A stretch of 52,274 nucleotides of DNA. Origin: a virus. Its lineage: Duplodnaviria > Caudoviricetes. This document shows, in pieces, positions 17,644-24,356 of the stretch. The translations under genes were made by a program, and so were the position numbers. The DNA lies in the IMG/VR virus record IMGVR_UViG_3300021964_000099, positions 1-52,274 of that record, one strand, 5' to 3'. A model generated the notes under the pieces. That model was given only the letters and a program-made list of their open reading frames with translations. It had not been told where the DNA came from and searched no databases. Every line of letters begins with the position of its first letter. The first letter of the stretch is position 1.

Positions 17644-17915
17644 TTGTTTACAACCTCGCTTATATCTTCAACTCTATCCCTAATACCTCTTAGACTATCA
17701 TTGATATCTTGACGGTCTGAATATTTTCTTGAATATTGATCATCATCTAAATAATTATTTAATATTCTGATTGCGTGGGTTAAATGTAAATCTAAAATTT
17801 TAACATTATAACCTTTTGATTTTGAAAAATGAACGGTGTCAAATTCTAAAACGTCGTAAGGGATAGCCCTATCCTCAACTATTTTTTGTATCTCTAATAA
17901 ATCTTTTAGTTTCAT
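17640..17915 (-). CDS. Hypothetical early protein
   Basis: 91 aa, AGAAAGGA RBS. Confidence 0.65.
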   Translation of the reverse strand: MKLKDLLEIQKIVEDRAIPYDVLEFDTVHFSKSKGYNVKILDLHLTHAIRILNNYLDDDQYSRKYSDRQDINDSLRGIRDRVEDISEVVNK

Positions 17916-18136
17916 TGTTATCCTTTCTAATTTTGGTAAGTATCAGTTTTGCTGTGGAAACGGCTTAGTAGCCCAGTATTATTCAGCTTTCTTCCTGTAT
18001 TTTTCTTCCTTCAACTGATACTTATTTATCCTATTATCATGGGAGAAGAATTTAGTCAAGTCTTTTTTTACTTCATCAAAACTAAACTTTTCTACTTTGA
18101 TATTATTATCACGGTCACGGTATACTCTAGTTATAG

Positions 18137-18418
18137 TCATTTTATTAAACACCCATTTTCAAAAAAGTATTTTGCATTTTTATCAATGCTCTCTTTTATT
18201 GTTTTGTATTTATTCACGGTGTCTTTATCACAAGACCAACAAAGAGATATTTTATATAAATCATCAACAGGATAATCTAACAATTTTTTTAAAAAATTAA
18301 TTAATGTTTTTTCATTTCGTAGACTTTCTTTTGGAAGGGAACAATCAAACCAATCTTGATCATGATTGTTAAAAGAGGCTATAACATTTAATTTTAAATC
18401 TTTTATTGTATTATTCAT
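18137..18418 (-). CDS. Hypothetical early protein
   Basis: 93 aa, ATGA overlap with the GcrA-like gene. Confidence 0.6.
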   Translation of the reverse strand: MNNTIKDLKLNVIASFNNHDQDWFDCSLPKESLRNEKTLINFLKKLLDYPVDDLYKISLCWSCDKDTVNKYKTIKESIDKNAKYFFENGCLIK

Positions 18419-18618
18419 AATATTGCTCTTTCTTTTTTTCTCGTATACTTTGAGAATGGGTCGGGTGTATATCCGTTCATAACTTTCTCACGGTAAAATT
18501 GTCCTATCACAGAATTTTTTGATCTATGCAACATTTTCCCAACGGTTGCGTAAGAATGTTTTTTTAATAATTGTCTTGCTAATTCTGTTTCATTTTCTGT
18601 CCATTTTTTTCTTTTCAT
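18415..18618 (-). CDS. GcrA-like N-terminal HTH protein
   Basis: WTE.E......L....SY..VG..L..SKNSVIG..YR resembles the GcrA N-terminus WTDERV...S...IA..LG.SRNAVIGK.HR. Confidence 0.6.
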   Translation of the reverse strand: MKRKKWTENETELARQLLKKHSYATVGKMLHRSKNSVIGQFYREKVMNGYTPDPFSKYTRKKERAIL

Positions 18619-18852
18619 TCTATCCCTTTCTCTTGCGACATTATGTCACGTTGACAGTTATTTAGTACAGGACTTATCCGAATAACTCCGTCGCCTGTAC
18701 AATTTGTCGACTTGCCGTTTTTATAGTAGTTGCAATACGACTACTCTTGTTGATAGACAAGATAAAGCTAGTCAAACGGATAAAACAGTCTATCTTTGTT
18801 TTTTCGAAAATCCCTGCTTTCTTTATCTACTTATCCCATTAAATAATATAAA

Positions 18853-18864
18853 TTGACATGTCAA
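18853..18864. promoter_or_regulatory. Back-to-back -35 boxes at the divergence point of early genes
   Basis: Palindrome TTGACA-TGTCAA; genes run leftward below 18620 and rightward above 18900. Confidence 0.5.
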
Positions 18865-18901
18865 TAACAAAATGATAAAAAATAAAAAAGAAAGGAAAAC
18901 T

Positions 18902-19099
18902 ATGAATAGATCAGAAGTAATTAATTCATATGTAGAAGAATTAGACTTATACAAAGAATATCGTCACGCTTACGATAAAGCAACAGAACTAGAATTTTTT
19001 GATAAGCAACAAGAAGCAGATTATTATTATGAATATGCACAACAATTAAAAAAGAAAATTGACAATGGAGAAACCATTCTTTACAAAGTTAATTTTTAG
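18902..19099 (+). CDS. Hypothetical early protein
   Basis: AGAAAGGA RBS then ATG at 18902. Confidence 0.65.
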   Translation: MNRSEVINSYVEELDLYKEYRHAYDKATELEFFDKQQEADYYYEYAQQLKKKIDNGETILYKVNF

Positions 19100-19110
19100 A
19101 AAGGAAGAAA

Positions 19111-19443
19111 ATGAAAATTGAAGAGATAGATAAAAAGTTAAAAGATATTGAAAGTAAATATCACAATGGTCAAAATGCTACATCTGTTGATATAGCTGAT
19201 TGGTGGTCTAAAGAAGATCAAAAAGAATATAAAAGATTATTAAAATTAAAAGAAAGGAAACCTATGAAGAAATTTAGAGTTACTGTTTGGGAAGAATGCA
19301 CATGGGAAAAAATAATTGAAGCAGAAGATGAGGGGCAAGCAGAGGCAAAAGCCTATGAAGAAATATCAGAAACAGGTTATGATAATTGGGAAATAGGTAA
19401 TCACGGTACAAATGATATTACAGATATAGAGGAGATAAAATGA
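19111..19443 (+). CDS. Hypothetical protein with internal in-frame RBS+ATG at 19264
   Basis: 110 aa; AGAAAGGA precedes both 19111 and 19264. Confidence 0.6.
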   Translation: MKIEEIDKKLKDIESKYHNGQNATSVDIADWWSKEDQKEYKRLLKLKERKPMKKFRVTVWEECTWEKIIEAEDEGQAEAKAYEEISETGYDNWEIGNHGTNDITDIEEIK

Positions 19444-19580
19444 CACTAGAAGAATTATATTGGTGGAGAGTTGAGAGACTATGGACTATGTATAACAGCA
19501 TTACAAACGATGAAGTTTATAAGTCTATGTGGGAAAGAAAATTAAAAGAATTATTACTGAGGGGGTTTCGTGGACAATGA
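19440..19580 (+). CDS. Small hypothetical protein (46 aa; not in ORF track)
   Basis: MTLEELYWWRVERLW...; GGAG RBS, ATGA overlap. Confidence 0.55.
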   Translation: MTLEELYWWRVERLWTMYNSITNDEVYKSMWERKLKELLLRGFRGQ

Positions 19581-19764
19581 TTTTGAATTACCAGATTACT
19601 ATAATACAAGTAAACCAAAAGAAGAAAAGCAAGATTTAGTTAAGAGAAAATGCTTTGCTTGTAATAAAGAAAAAGCTATGGGCAAGTTTGAGAGATATTG
19701 TAGTGATAGTTGCAGATCAAGAGCTACAAAGAATTATCAAGCACCAAACAGTATACGGTGGTAA
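19570..19764 (+). CDS. Small Zn-finger protein
   Basis: RKCFAC...RYCSDSC. Confidence 0.6.
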   Translation: MDNDFELPDYYNTSKPKEEKQDLVKRKCFACNKEKAMGKFERYCSDSCRSRATKNYQAPNSIRW

Positions 19765-19814
19765 AATGTTTGTTTTTATTTTTTTTAAAGTTTTTTTATG
19801 GTTAGCTATTTTAG

Positions 19815-20315
19815 TTATTCTGCTTCTTCTATCTCTTTGATCTCTTTGATCTCTACACCGATAGCTTCACCGTTGATAACATTATGATCTCTAATCTCTT
19901 TGAGTTTAGCTTCAAGTTCTGGTCTAGTCATGTTATCAAGTGAGGCTGTCACAACTTCTTTACGATCAATATAAAAACCCGCAAGTTGACCGCGACGATA
20001 TTCGGCATTTATTGCAGGCCCCATTTGTCCATTAGTTACAGCGATATCACGCAACCGTGACAATTCTCTAGAGTGTTTTACAAAATCTAACTTACTAGCT
20101 TCTGCATATTCACGCTGTAGATTTTCTATAGCTTCTACAACTTTAGGGAAATACTTGGGATTTCTTAGATTACAAGCCTGTGTGACAGCAGATTTCTCTG
20201 AATAACCCGCCTGTCTTGCACATTCTGTCTGTGTAAGTCTTCCGTTTTCTTTGACAAATATTTCTACAAAGGCTCTTTGTTTAGGTGTTAGCTCACCATT
20301 TCTAGTCTTAGGCAT
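19815..20315 (-). CDS. terS: Terminase small subunit
   Basis: LTPKQRAFV......N...TQ..CAR.AGYS..SA...A..L HTH pattern of TerS, followed by helical oligomerisation region. Confidence 0.75.
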   Translation of the reverse strand: MPKTRNGELTPKQRAFVEIFVKENGRLTQTECARQAGYSEKSAVTQACNLRNPKYFPKVVEAIENLQREYAEASKLDFVKHSRELSRLRDIAVTNGQMGPAINAEYRRGQLAGFYIDRKEVVTASLDNMTRPELEAKLKEIRDHNVINGEAIGVEIKEIKEIEEAE

Positions 20316-20416
20316 TTTTTCATTTTAATACACTTTATCATTTCTGTATAGTATTATTTCATTCAATATTATAATATTAAATATTAAATTGCATTCAAAA
20401 AAGACATATGGTGAGA

Positions 20417-20581
20417 GTTACGTTTGGTTACGTATAGGTTACGTGGTCAAAGTAACGATATTATTGTTATATTTCAATGAATTATTGCTATGGTTACGTG
20501 GTTACGTCATATTTGTAAAAATAAAAATTATTTTTTTTTATTTTAAAATAAAATTACTATACAGAGTGAAAGTTATCCACA
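20417..20581. repeat. GTTACGT iteron cluster + AT-rich tract + DnaA box (candidate origin or pac region)
   Basis: GTTACGT at 20417, 20427, 20438, 20493, 20501; inverted GTAAC at 20452; AT-rich 20509-20560; TTATCCACA at 20573. Confidence 0.6.
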
Positions 20582-20648
20582 ACTTTTAACATTTAATCTT
20601 ATTTAGTTCTTTATTATCCCATGTATTAGTTTATTAATATAATTAAAT

Positions 20649-20829
20649 GAGGATGTTGCAACATTCTCGGAGTATGGCTGAACAACTGTAACAAGGTAGT
20701 AAGGCACAGTTCTCACAAAGTATGGTCGAATGACTGAGAGTGTGGGGGTTGGTACTGAAGTACTGGTTAATCCATATCAGATTGACTTGTCGGGAAAAGG
20801 TTGGGGGTAGTCAAAGAATCCCCCTACTC
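20649..20829 (+). ncRNA. Candidate multi-stem structured RNA (~180 nt)
   Basis: Follows TATAAT at 20638; at least six stems with G-U pairs on the + strand; ends before the RBS of 20851. Confidence 0.55.
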
Positions 20830-20850
20830 ACTAAGAAAGAAAGGACTACT

Positions 20851-21048
20851 ATGAAACAATACACCAAAGATGATTTCTTAGACTATGCTACAGCATTTAA
20901 TTATGATCTTGAGGGTTTTACAGATAAAAATGGAAACAATCTATCTGATGATGATATTAAGAAGCTGATGAAATCTTGGACCTTACAAGAGTTTCAAGAT
21001 TGGTTTGGCTTTACTCATCTTGATAGCTACACAGGAGATTCAAAATGA
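20851..21048 (+). CDS. Hypothetical protein
   Basis: AGAAAGGA RBS before MKQYTK; upstream GTG extension rejected. Confidence 0.6.
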   Translation: MKQYTKDDFLDYATAFNYDLEGFTDKNGNNLSDDDIKKLMKSWTLQEFQDWFGFTHLDSYTGDSK

Positions 21049-21194
21049 CACTAGAGACCAAGATCATCAAACTAAAGATGAAATACGACAAACTTGCTAG
21101 GCGCGAACCAAGTTCCGGGCAACAAGTTCTAGACCGCATGATTTGGGAACGGTTAAGAAATATACTCATAAGAAGATACGGGAGGTTTGAATAA
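21045..21194 (+). CDS. Small hypothetical protein (49 aa; not in ORF track)
   Basis: MTLETKIIKLKMKYDKLARREP...; GGAG RBS, ATGA overlap. Confidence 0.55.
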   Translation: MTLETKIIKLKMKYDKLARREPSSGQQVLDRMIWERLRNILIRRYGRFE

Positions 21195-21340
21195 TGGAAA
21201 GAACAGAAATAGGTATTGGTAGAATGCGAATCGACGTGGTCGATGATAACGCTTTGTATATCAATCTCAACGGTTACACCTATTATATTGATGACTCCAC
21301 TGATGAGCAGATAATAGAGAAATGGAAGGAAAAAGAGTGA
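21194..21340 (+). CDS. Small hypothetical protein (48 aa; not in ORF track)
   Basis: MERTEIGIGRMRIDVVDDNALYINLNGYTYYIDDSTDEQIIEKWKEKE; GGAGG RBS, TAATG coupling. Confidence 0.55.
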   Translation: MERTEIGIGRMRIDVVDDNALYINLNGYTYYIDDSTDEQIIEKWKEKE

Positions 21341-21388
21341 GACATTTTGTCCATTGTCCGAGGTCCAAAAACATGATATCAAAGGACT

Positions 21389-21643
21389 ATGAACAGAGCA
21401 GACATACAAGATCTCTACGGGGAAGACGAGCCGAATATCTTATTTGCCGATGGTTTCGACGAAGCCATAGCGGGAGTAGTATGGGACGGAGAAAGAACGC
21501 GCGTCGTTTACGACACGGAACTAATTTTAGAATTACTCATGGGGCGTAGTGAGATGTCTTATGAGGAAGCAGTCGAATACTTTGACTTTAATATTGCCGG
21601 TTCTTATATGGGGGAATATACTCCGCTGTATTTAGAAACCTAG
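21389..21643 (+). CDS. Conserved acidic phage protein
   Basis: FADGFDEAIAG...VVYD....MS.EEA.EYF.FNI.G.Y.G..TP. Confidence 0.7.
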   Translation: MNRADIQDLYGEDEPNILFADGFDEAIAGVVWDGERTRVVYDTELILELLMGRSEMSYEEAVEYFDFNIAGSYMGEYTPLYLET

Positions 21644-21654
21644 AAAGGAATAAC

Positions 21655-21822
21655 ATGGAAGATAACTTACCAGATAACAGAGTAGATATATTTTACATAG
21701 CAAATAGGCTAGTAGATATATTAGAGGTAGATGATAAAGATCTACGAAGAGAGGTAGAAGAGTTTCGTTCAGAAATTTTTCACAACATCGGTGCTAATGC
21801 CGTACACGAACAGAATAACTAG
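21655..21822 (+). CDS. Small hypothetical protein (55 aa; not in ORF track)
   Basis: AGAAAGGA RBS, MEDNLPDNRVDIFY... Confidence 0.55.
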   Translation: MEDNLPDNRVDIFYIANRLVDILEVDDKDLRREVEEFRSEIFHNIGANAVHEQNN

Positions 21823-21830
21823 GAGAAAGA

Positions 21831-22049
21831 ATGAGTGCATTTAAAGATTGGGTCATGGAAGAACAAGAAAACAGAGAAGATAGTTTTTTAGATAACTGCT
21901 ATGAGAAAGCATTTGTTATCTATAGCTACGATAAGAACCTACACCTAGCACACTTAGAGAACTCTGATATGCCCTTAAAAGACTTTTTAAAGGCCTATAA
22001 AGTGAAGATGAGAGAACTCGGAGACGATGAGGTGGTGTATCACATATGA
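21831..22049 (+). CDS. Hypothetical protein
   Basis: 72 aa, GGAG RBS. Confidence 0.6.
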   Translation: MSAFKDWVMEEQENREDSFLDNCYEKAFVIYSYDKNLHLAHLENSDMPLKDFLKAYKVKMRELGDDEVVYHI

Positions 22050-22213
22050 AAAAAGAAAAACTGTGTGACACCTGTAAAAAGGAGAAAGCTGTAATTGTAG
22101 AACATGATATGTTTTACTCTTGTGCTAAGTGTATGTGGAAACATGTTATGAAACAACAAAAGAAACTAGCAAAGCCTTTTGACCAAGCACGAAAGTGGAT
22201 TGAATCACAATGA
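22046..22213 (+). CDS. Small Zn-ribbon protein (55 aa; not in ORF track)
   Basis: CDTC...CAKC; ATGA overlaps at both ends. Confidence 0.55.
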   Translation: MKKEKLCDTCKKEKAVIVEHDMFYSCAKCMWKHVMKQQKKLAKPFDQARKWIESQ

Positions 22214-22482
22214 ATAAACCCTTGGTCCTTGTTACGTGGCTCGATGCCAAAGACGGGCAAACCGGGTGGCATTCAATCGAGGATATACAAAAAGAACAAC
22301 TAGCTATGTGCCATTCTACCGGGTGGTTGATGTATAAAGACGAGACAAAAATAATTATCATGGCAGACTATTCAGAATTTGACGACGACAAAGAGGGCGG
22401 ACGTCACATCACCATACCAACAGGGTGGGTGCAAACAATAACGTATCTCAAAGGAGATTACCAAGAAAAGGAGAATGTATGA
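22210..22482 (+). CDS. Conserved hypothetical phage protein
   Basis: V.W.DA....GW........C.S.GWL...IP.G.V pattern. Confidence 0.7.
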   Translation: MNKPLVLVTWLDAKDGQTGWHSIEDIQKEQLAMCHSTGWLMYKDETKIIIMADYSEFDDDKEGGRHITIPTGWVQTITYLKGDYQEKENV

Positions 22483-22649
22483 AAACAGGAGGTAATATAG
22501 TTAAAGTTACCATGAAAAAAAATGGTTTACATTTTAATAAAAGCAATGATTACGATGAAACACCTGCGGGTCAAGGTAAAAGATTTTATGCTAATATTTT
22601 AAAAAAGATGCAGAGAAAATTTAACCCAAAAAGAAAAAGGAAAAAATAA
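22479..22649 (+). CDS. Small basic protein
   Basis: MKTGGNIV... after AAGGAG; Lys-rich tail. Confidence 0.5.
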   Translation: MKTGGNIVKVTMKKNGLHFNKSNDYDETPAGQGKRFYANILKKMQRKFNPKRKRKK

Positions 22650-22650
22650 C

Positions 22651-23088
22651 ATGAACATGGATAGATTACTAGCTTCCGTAAAAAAACACGAAGGCTACAG
22701 AAACAAAGTATATCTCGATACCCTAGGTAAGAGAACCGTGGGCGTCGGGCATTTATGCGTCGAGGAGTTTTGGGAAGATGATAAGGAGTATGAAGAGAAG
22801 TTTCTTATGGATATCCTTGAAGCTGATCTACAAAACGCCATAAATGGCGCTGAGAGGCTTTGTAGCAACTGTCCCGATATAGATGACCTAGCAAAAGAAA
22901 TCATCGTAGAAATGGTATTTCAGCTAGGAGAAACAGGGGTCAGTAAATTTAAGAACATGTGGAAAGCCTTAGAACAAGATCCACCCGAATATGCTACCGC
23001 GGCGATGGAAATGTTGGACTCACGTTGGGCAAAACAAACACCCAACAGAGCCGAAGCAATGAGTGCGGAGATGGCAGGCATTGGCTAA
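22651..23088 (+). CDS. Lysozyme/endolysin (T4-lysozyme-like, GH24)
   Basis: HEG.R..VY.DT.G..TVG.GH catalytic E/D/T pattern; C-terminal DSRWAKQTPNRA. Confidence 0.85.
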   Translation: MNMDRLLASVKKHEGYRNKVYLDTLGKRTVGVGHLCVEEFWEDDKEYEEKFLMDILEADLQNAINGAERLCSNCPDIDDLAKEIIVEMVFQLGETGVSKFKNMWKALEQDPPEYATAAMEMLDSRWAKQTPNRAEAMSAEMAGIG

Positions 23089-23209
23089 ATACGTCTGGCA
23101 GTGGTATTGGGGGTACGACTACCTTGGTAACAAAGTAAAAAATATATACTTTGGCCCGAGACTTGATTGGATGAAGCTATTTACAAAACGAAAGAAGAAA
23201 AAGAAATGA
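23081..23209 (+). CDS. Small aromatic/basic peptide (42 aa, TTG start; not in ORF track)
   Basis: MAKYVWQWYWGYDYLGNK...KRKKKKK; overlaps both neighbours. Confidence 0.4.
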   Translation: MAKYVWQWYWGYDYLGNKVKNIYFGPRLDWMKLFTKRKKKKK

Positions 23210-23307
23210 AAATTCTCATACTTACAGGACTAGTTGCGATAATTATTATATTGTTGCTTATTGCAGTGATGGTTTATGCAATTGGTGAAAAAATATCTGA
23301 AAAATAA
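23206..23307 (+). CDS. Single-TM micropeptide (33 aa; not in ORF track)
   Basis: MKILILTGLVAIIIILLLIAVMVYAIGEKISEK. Confidence 0.45.
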   Translation: MKILILTGLVAIIIILLLIAVMVYAIGEKISEK

Positions 23308-23370
23308 CTTGATCCCATATTGTATTTAGGTGTATAGCTAGAAGCTTACCCCCAAAACAAAGGAGATTAT

Positions 23371-23535
23371 ATGACGGTAGAAGAATTAAAGGATGTTATT
23401 GTGTACTTACAAGGCAGAATAGAAGAATTAGAATCAAAAAAATTATGTGAATGCGCGGAAGAACCTGTAAAGCCTACCGTTCAGTATGTGACGAACTACG
23501 ATGAGGACGAGGATTGTATTGCGTGTTCAGCGTAG
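23371..23535 (+). CDS. 54-aa coiled-coil protein with RNR-alpha-like C-terminal CxxC tail (not in ORF track)
   Basis: AAGGAG RBS; MTVEELKDVIVYLQGRIEELESKKLCECAEEPVKPTVQYVTNYDEDEDCIACSA. Confidence 0.6.
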   Translation: MTVEELKDVIVYLQGRIEELESKKLCECAEEPVKPTVQYVTNYDEDEDCIACSA

Positions 23536-23686
23536 ATCTATCTTGGTTCCATTGTTGTACACGACCCCTCCAGTAATCTTTTTCTTTACGGTCAATTTTT
23601 TCCCAACCCATTTTTTTTACACTTTCTCTATCAAATCGGTAGCGTAAGTGTTTTGCTTGTTTATCGTATTTTGTTTCTTCAGCCAT
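23474..23686 (-). CDS. Hypothetical protein
   Basis: Probable start MAEETK at 23686; 3' end overlaps the convergent 23371 ORF. Confidence 0.5.
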   Translation of the reverse strand: MAEETKYDKQAKHLRYRFDRESVKKMGWEKIDRKEKDYWRGRVQQWNQDRSTLNTQYNPRPHRSSSHTER

Positions 23687-23885
23687 CAAAGTTTTCCGGG
23701 TTTTTAAATTCTCTTTCGTGTTGCTCCCACAAACGGCGACCTTCGCCGTAAGAATATAACCATTCATTCACAGTAAATTCTTTCGTGGTCCCGTCTGTGT
23801 AGGACACAATCACTTTATCTTGTACTCGTCTTACTGCACTAACTATTCGTTGTTTTTTCATTAGCTTTCGCGATCTGCTCTGCAA
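23679..23885 (-). CDS. Hypothetical protein
   Basis: ORF track; part of an overlapping minus-strand chain. Confidence 0.55.
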   Translation of the reverse strand: MQSRSRKLMKKQRIVSAVRRVQDKVIVSYTDGTTKEFTVNEWLYSYGEGRRLWEQHEREFKNPENFDG

Positions 23886-24126
23886 AGTAAACTGATTTTA
23901 TATCTTTGACAGCATCTTTAATGTGTACTTTCTCCAATATAATGTTCTTTAACTCTTCAATATGATCTGCATGATCATGATCTTTACTCGTAATGTATGC
24001 CGGTGCATTTGTCAAAAGCACTTCTTTAGCTTCAAGTTCGGATAACTCTCCACTTAATTTATTCAAAACGGCTGTATACAGCGCTGCCTTGATTCTTCTA
24101 TCATTAGTGTCTGACATCTTTATCAT
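23839..24126 (-). CDS. Hypothetical helical protein
   Basis: ORF track; DH.DHIEEL motif. Confidence 0.6.
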   Translation of the reverse strand: MIKMSDTNDRRIKAALYTAVLNKLSGELSELEAKEVLLTNAPAYITSKDHDHADHIEELKNIILEKVHIKDAVKDIKSVYFAEQIAKANEKTTNS

Positions 24127-24280
24127 CTCCGTTTTTTAGTGTTGGTCTATCTTGTTCTTTATCAACTAAATAACGTATAAAAGAAGCCATGGACATATAG
24201 TTTTGTTCCGCTATAGGCTTGGCTCGTTTATAAGTGTCAATGCTGATCGCGACAGATTTATACTTCTTAATGTCGGTCAT
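24104..24280 (-). CDS. Ribbon-helix-helix-like transcriptional regulator (58 aa; not in ORF track)
   Basis: MTDIKKYKSVAISIDTYKRAKPIAEQNYMSMASFIRYLVDKE: strand-helix-helix pattern of Arc/CopG; GGAG RBS; palindrome upstream. Confidence 0.6.
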   Translation of the reverse strand: MTDIKKYKSVAISIDTYKRAKPIAEQNYMSMASFIRYLVDKEQDRPTLKNGDDKDVRH

Positions 24281-24318
24281 TTCTTTCTCCTATAAATGTG
24301 GTATGTTTATTCATACAA

Positions 24319-24353
24319 GCCCATACATATGGGATTTTGGCAGATTGTCAAGG
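24319..24353 (-). promoter_or_regulatory. Promoter with CCCAT-N5-ATGGG palindrome upstream of the RHH gene
   Basis: TTGACA on the - strand at about 24351-24346; CCCATACATATGGG palindrome at 24320-24333. Confidence 0.5.
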
Positions 24354-24356
24354 AAA

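Noticed and set aside
20740-20850. GTG-started N-terminal extension of ORF 20740-21048
   Set aside because: A strong RBS precedes the ATG at 20851 and the extension overlaps the structured RNA candidate.
21295-21330. Hammerhead-like CTGATGA...GAAA
   Set aside because: Stem II cannot pair and the sequence lies inside a plausible ORF.
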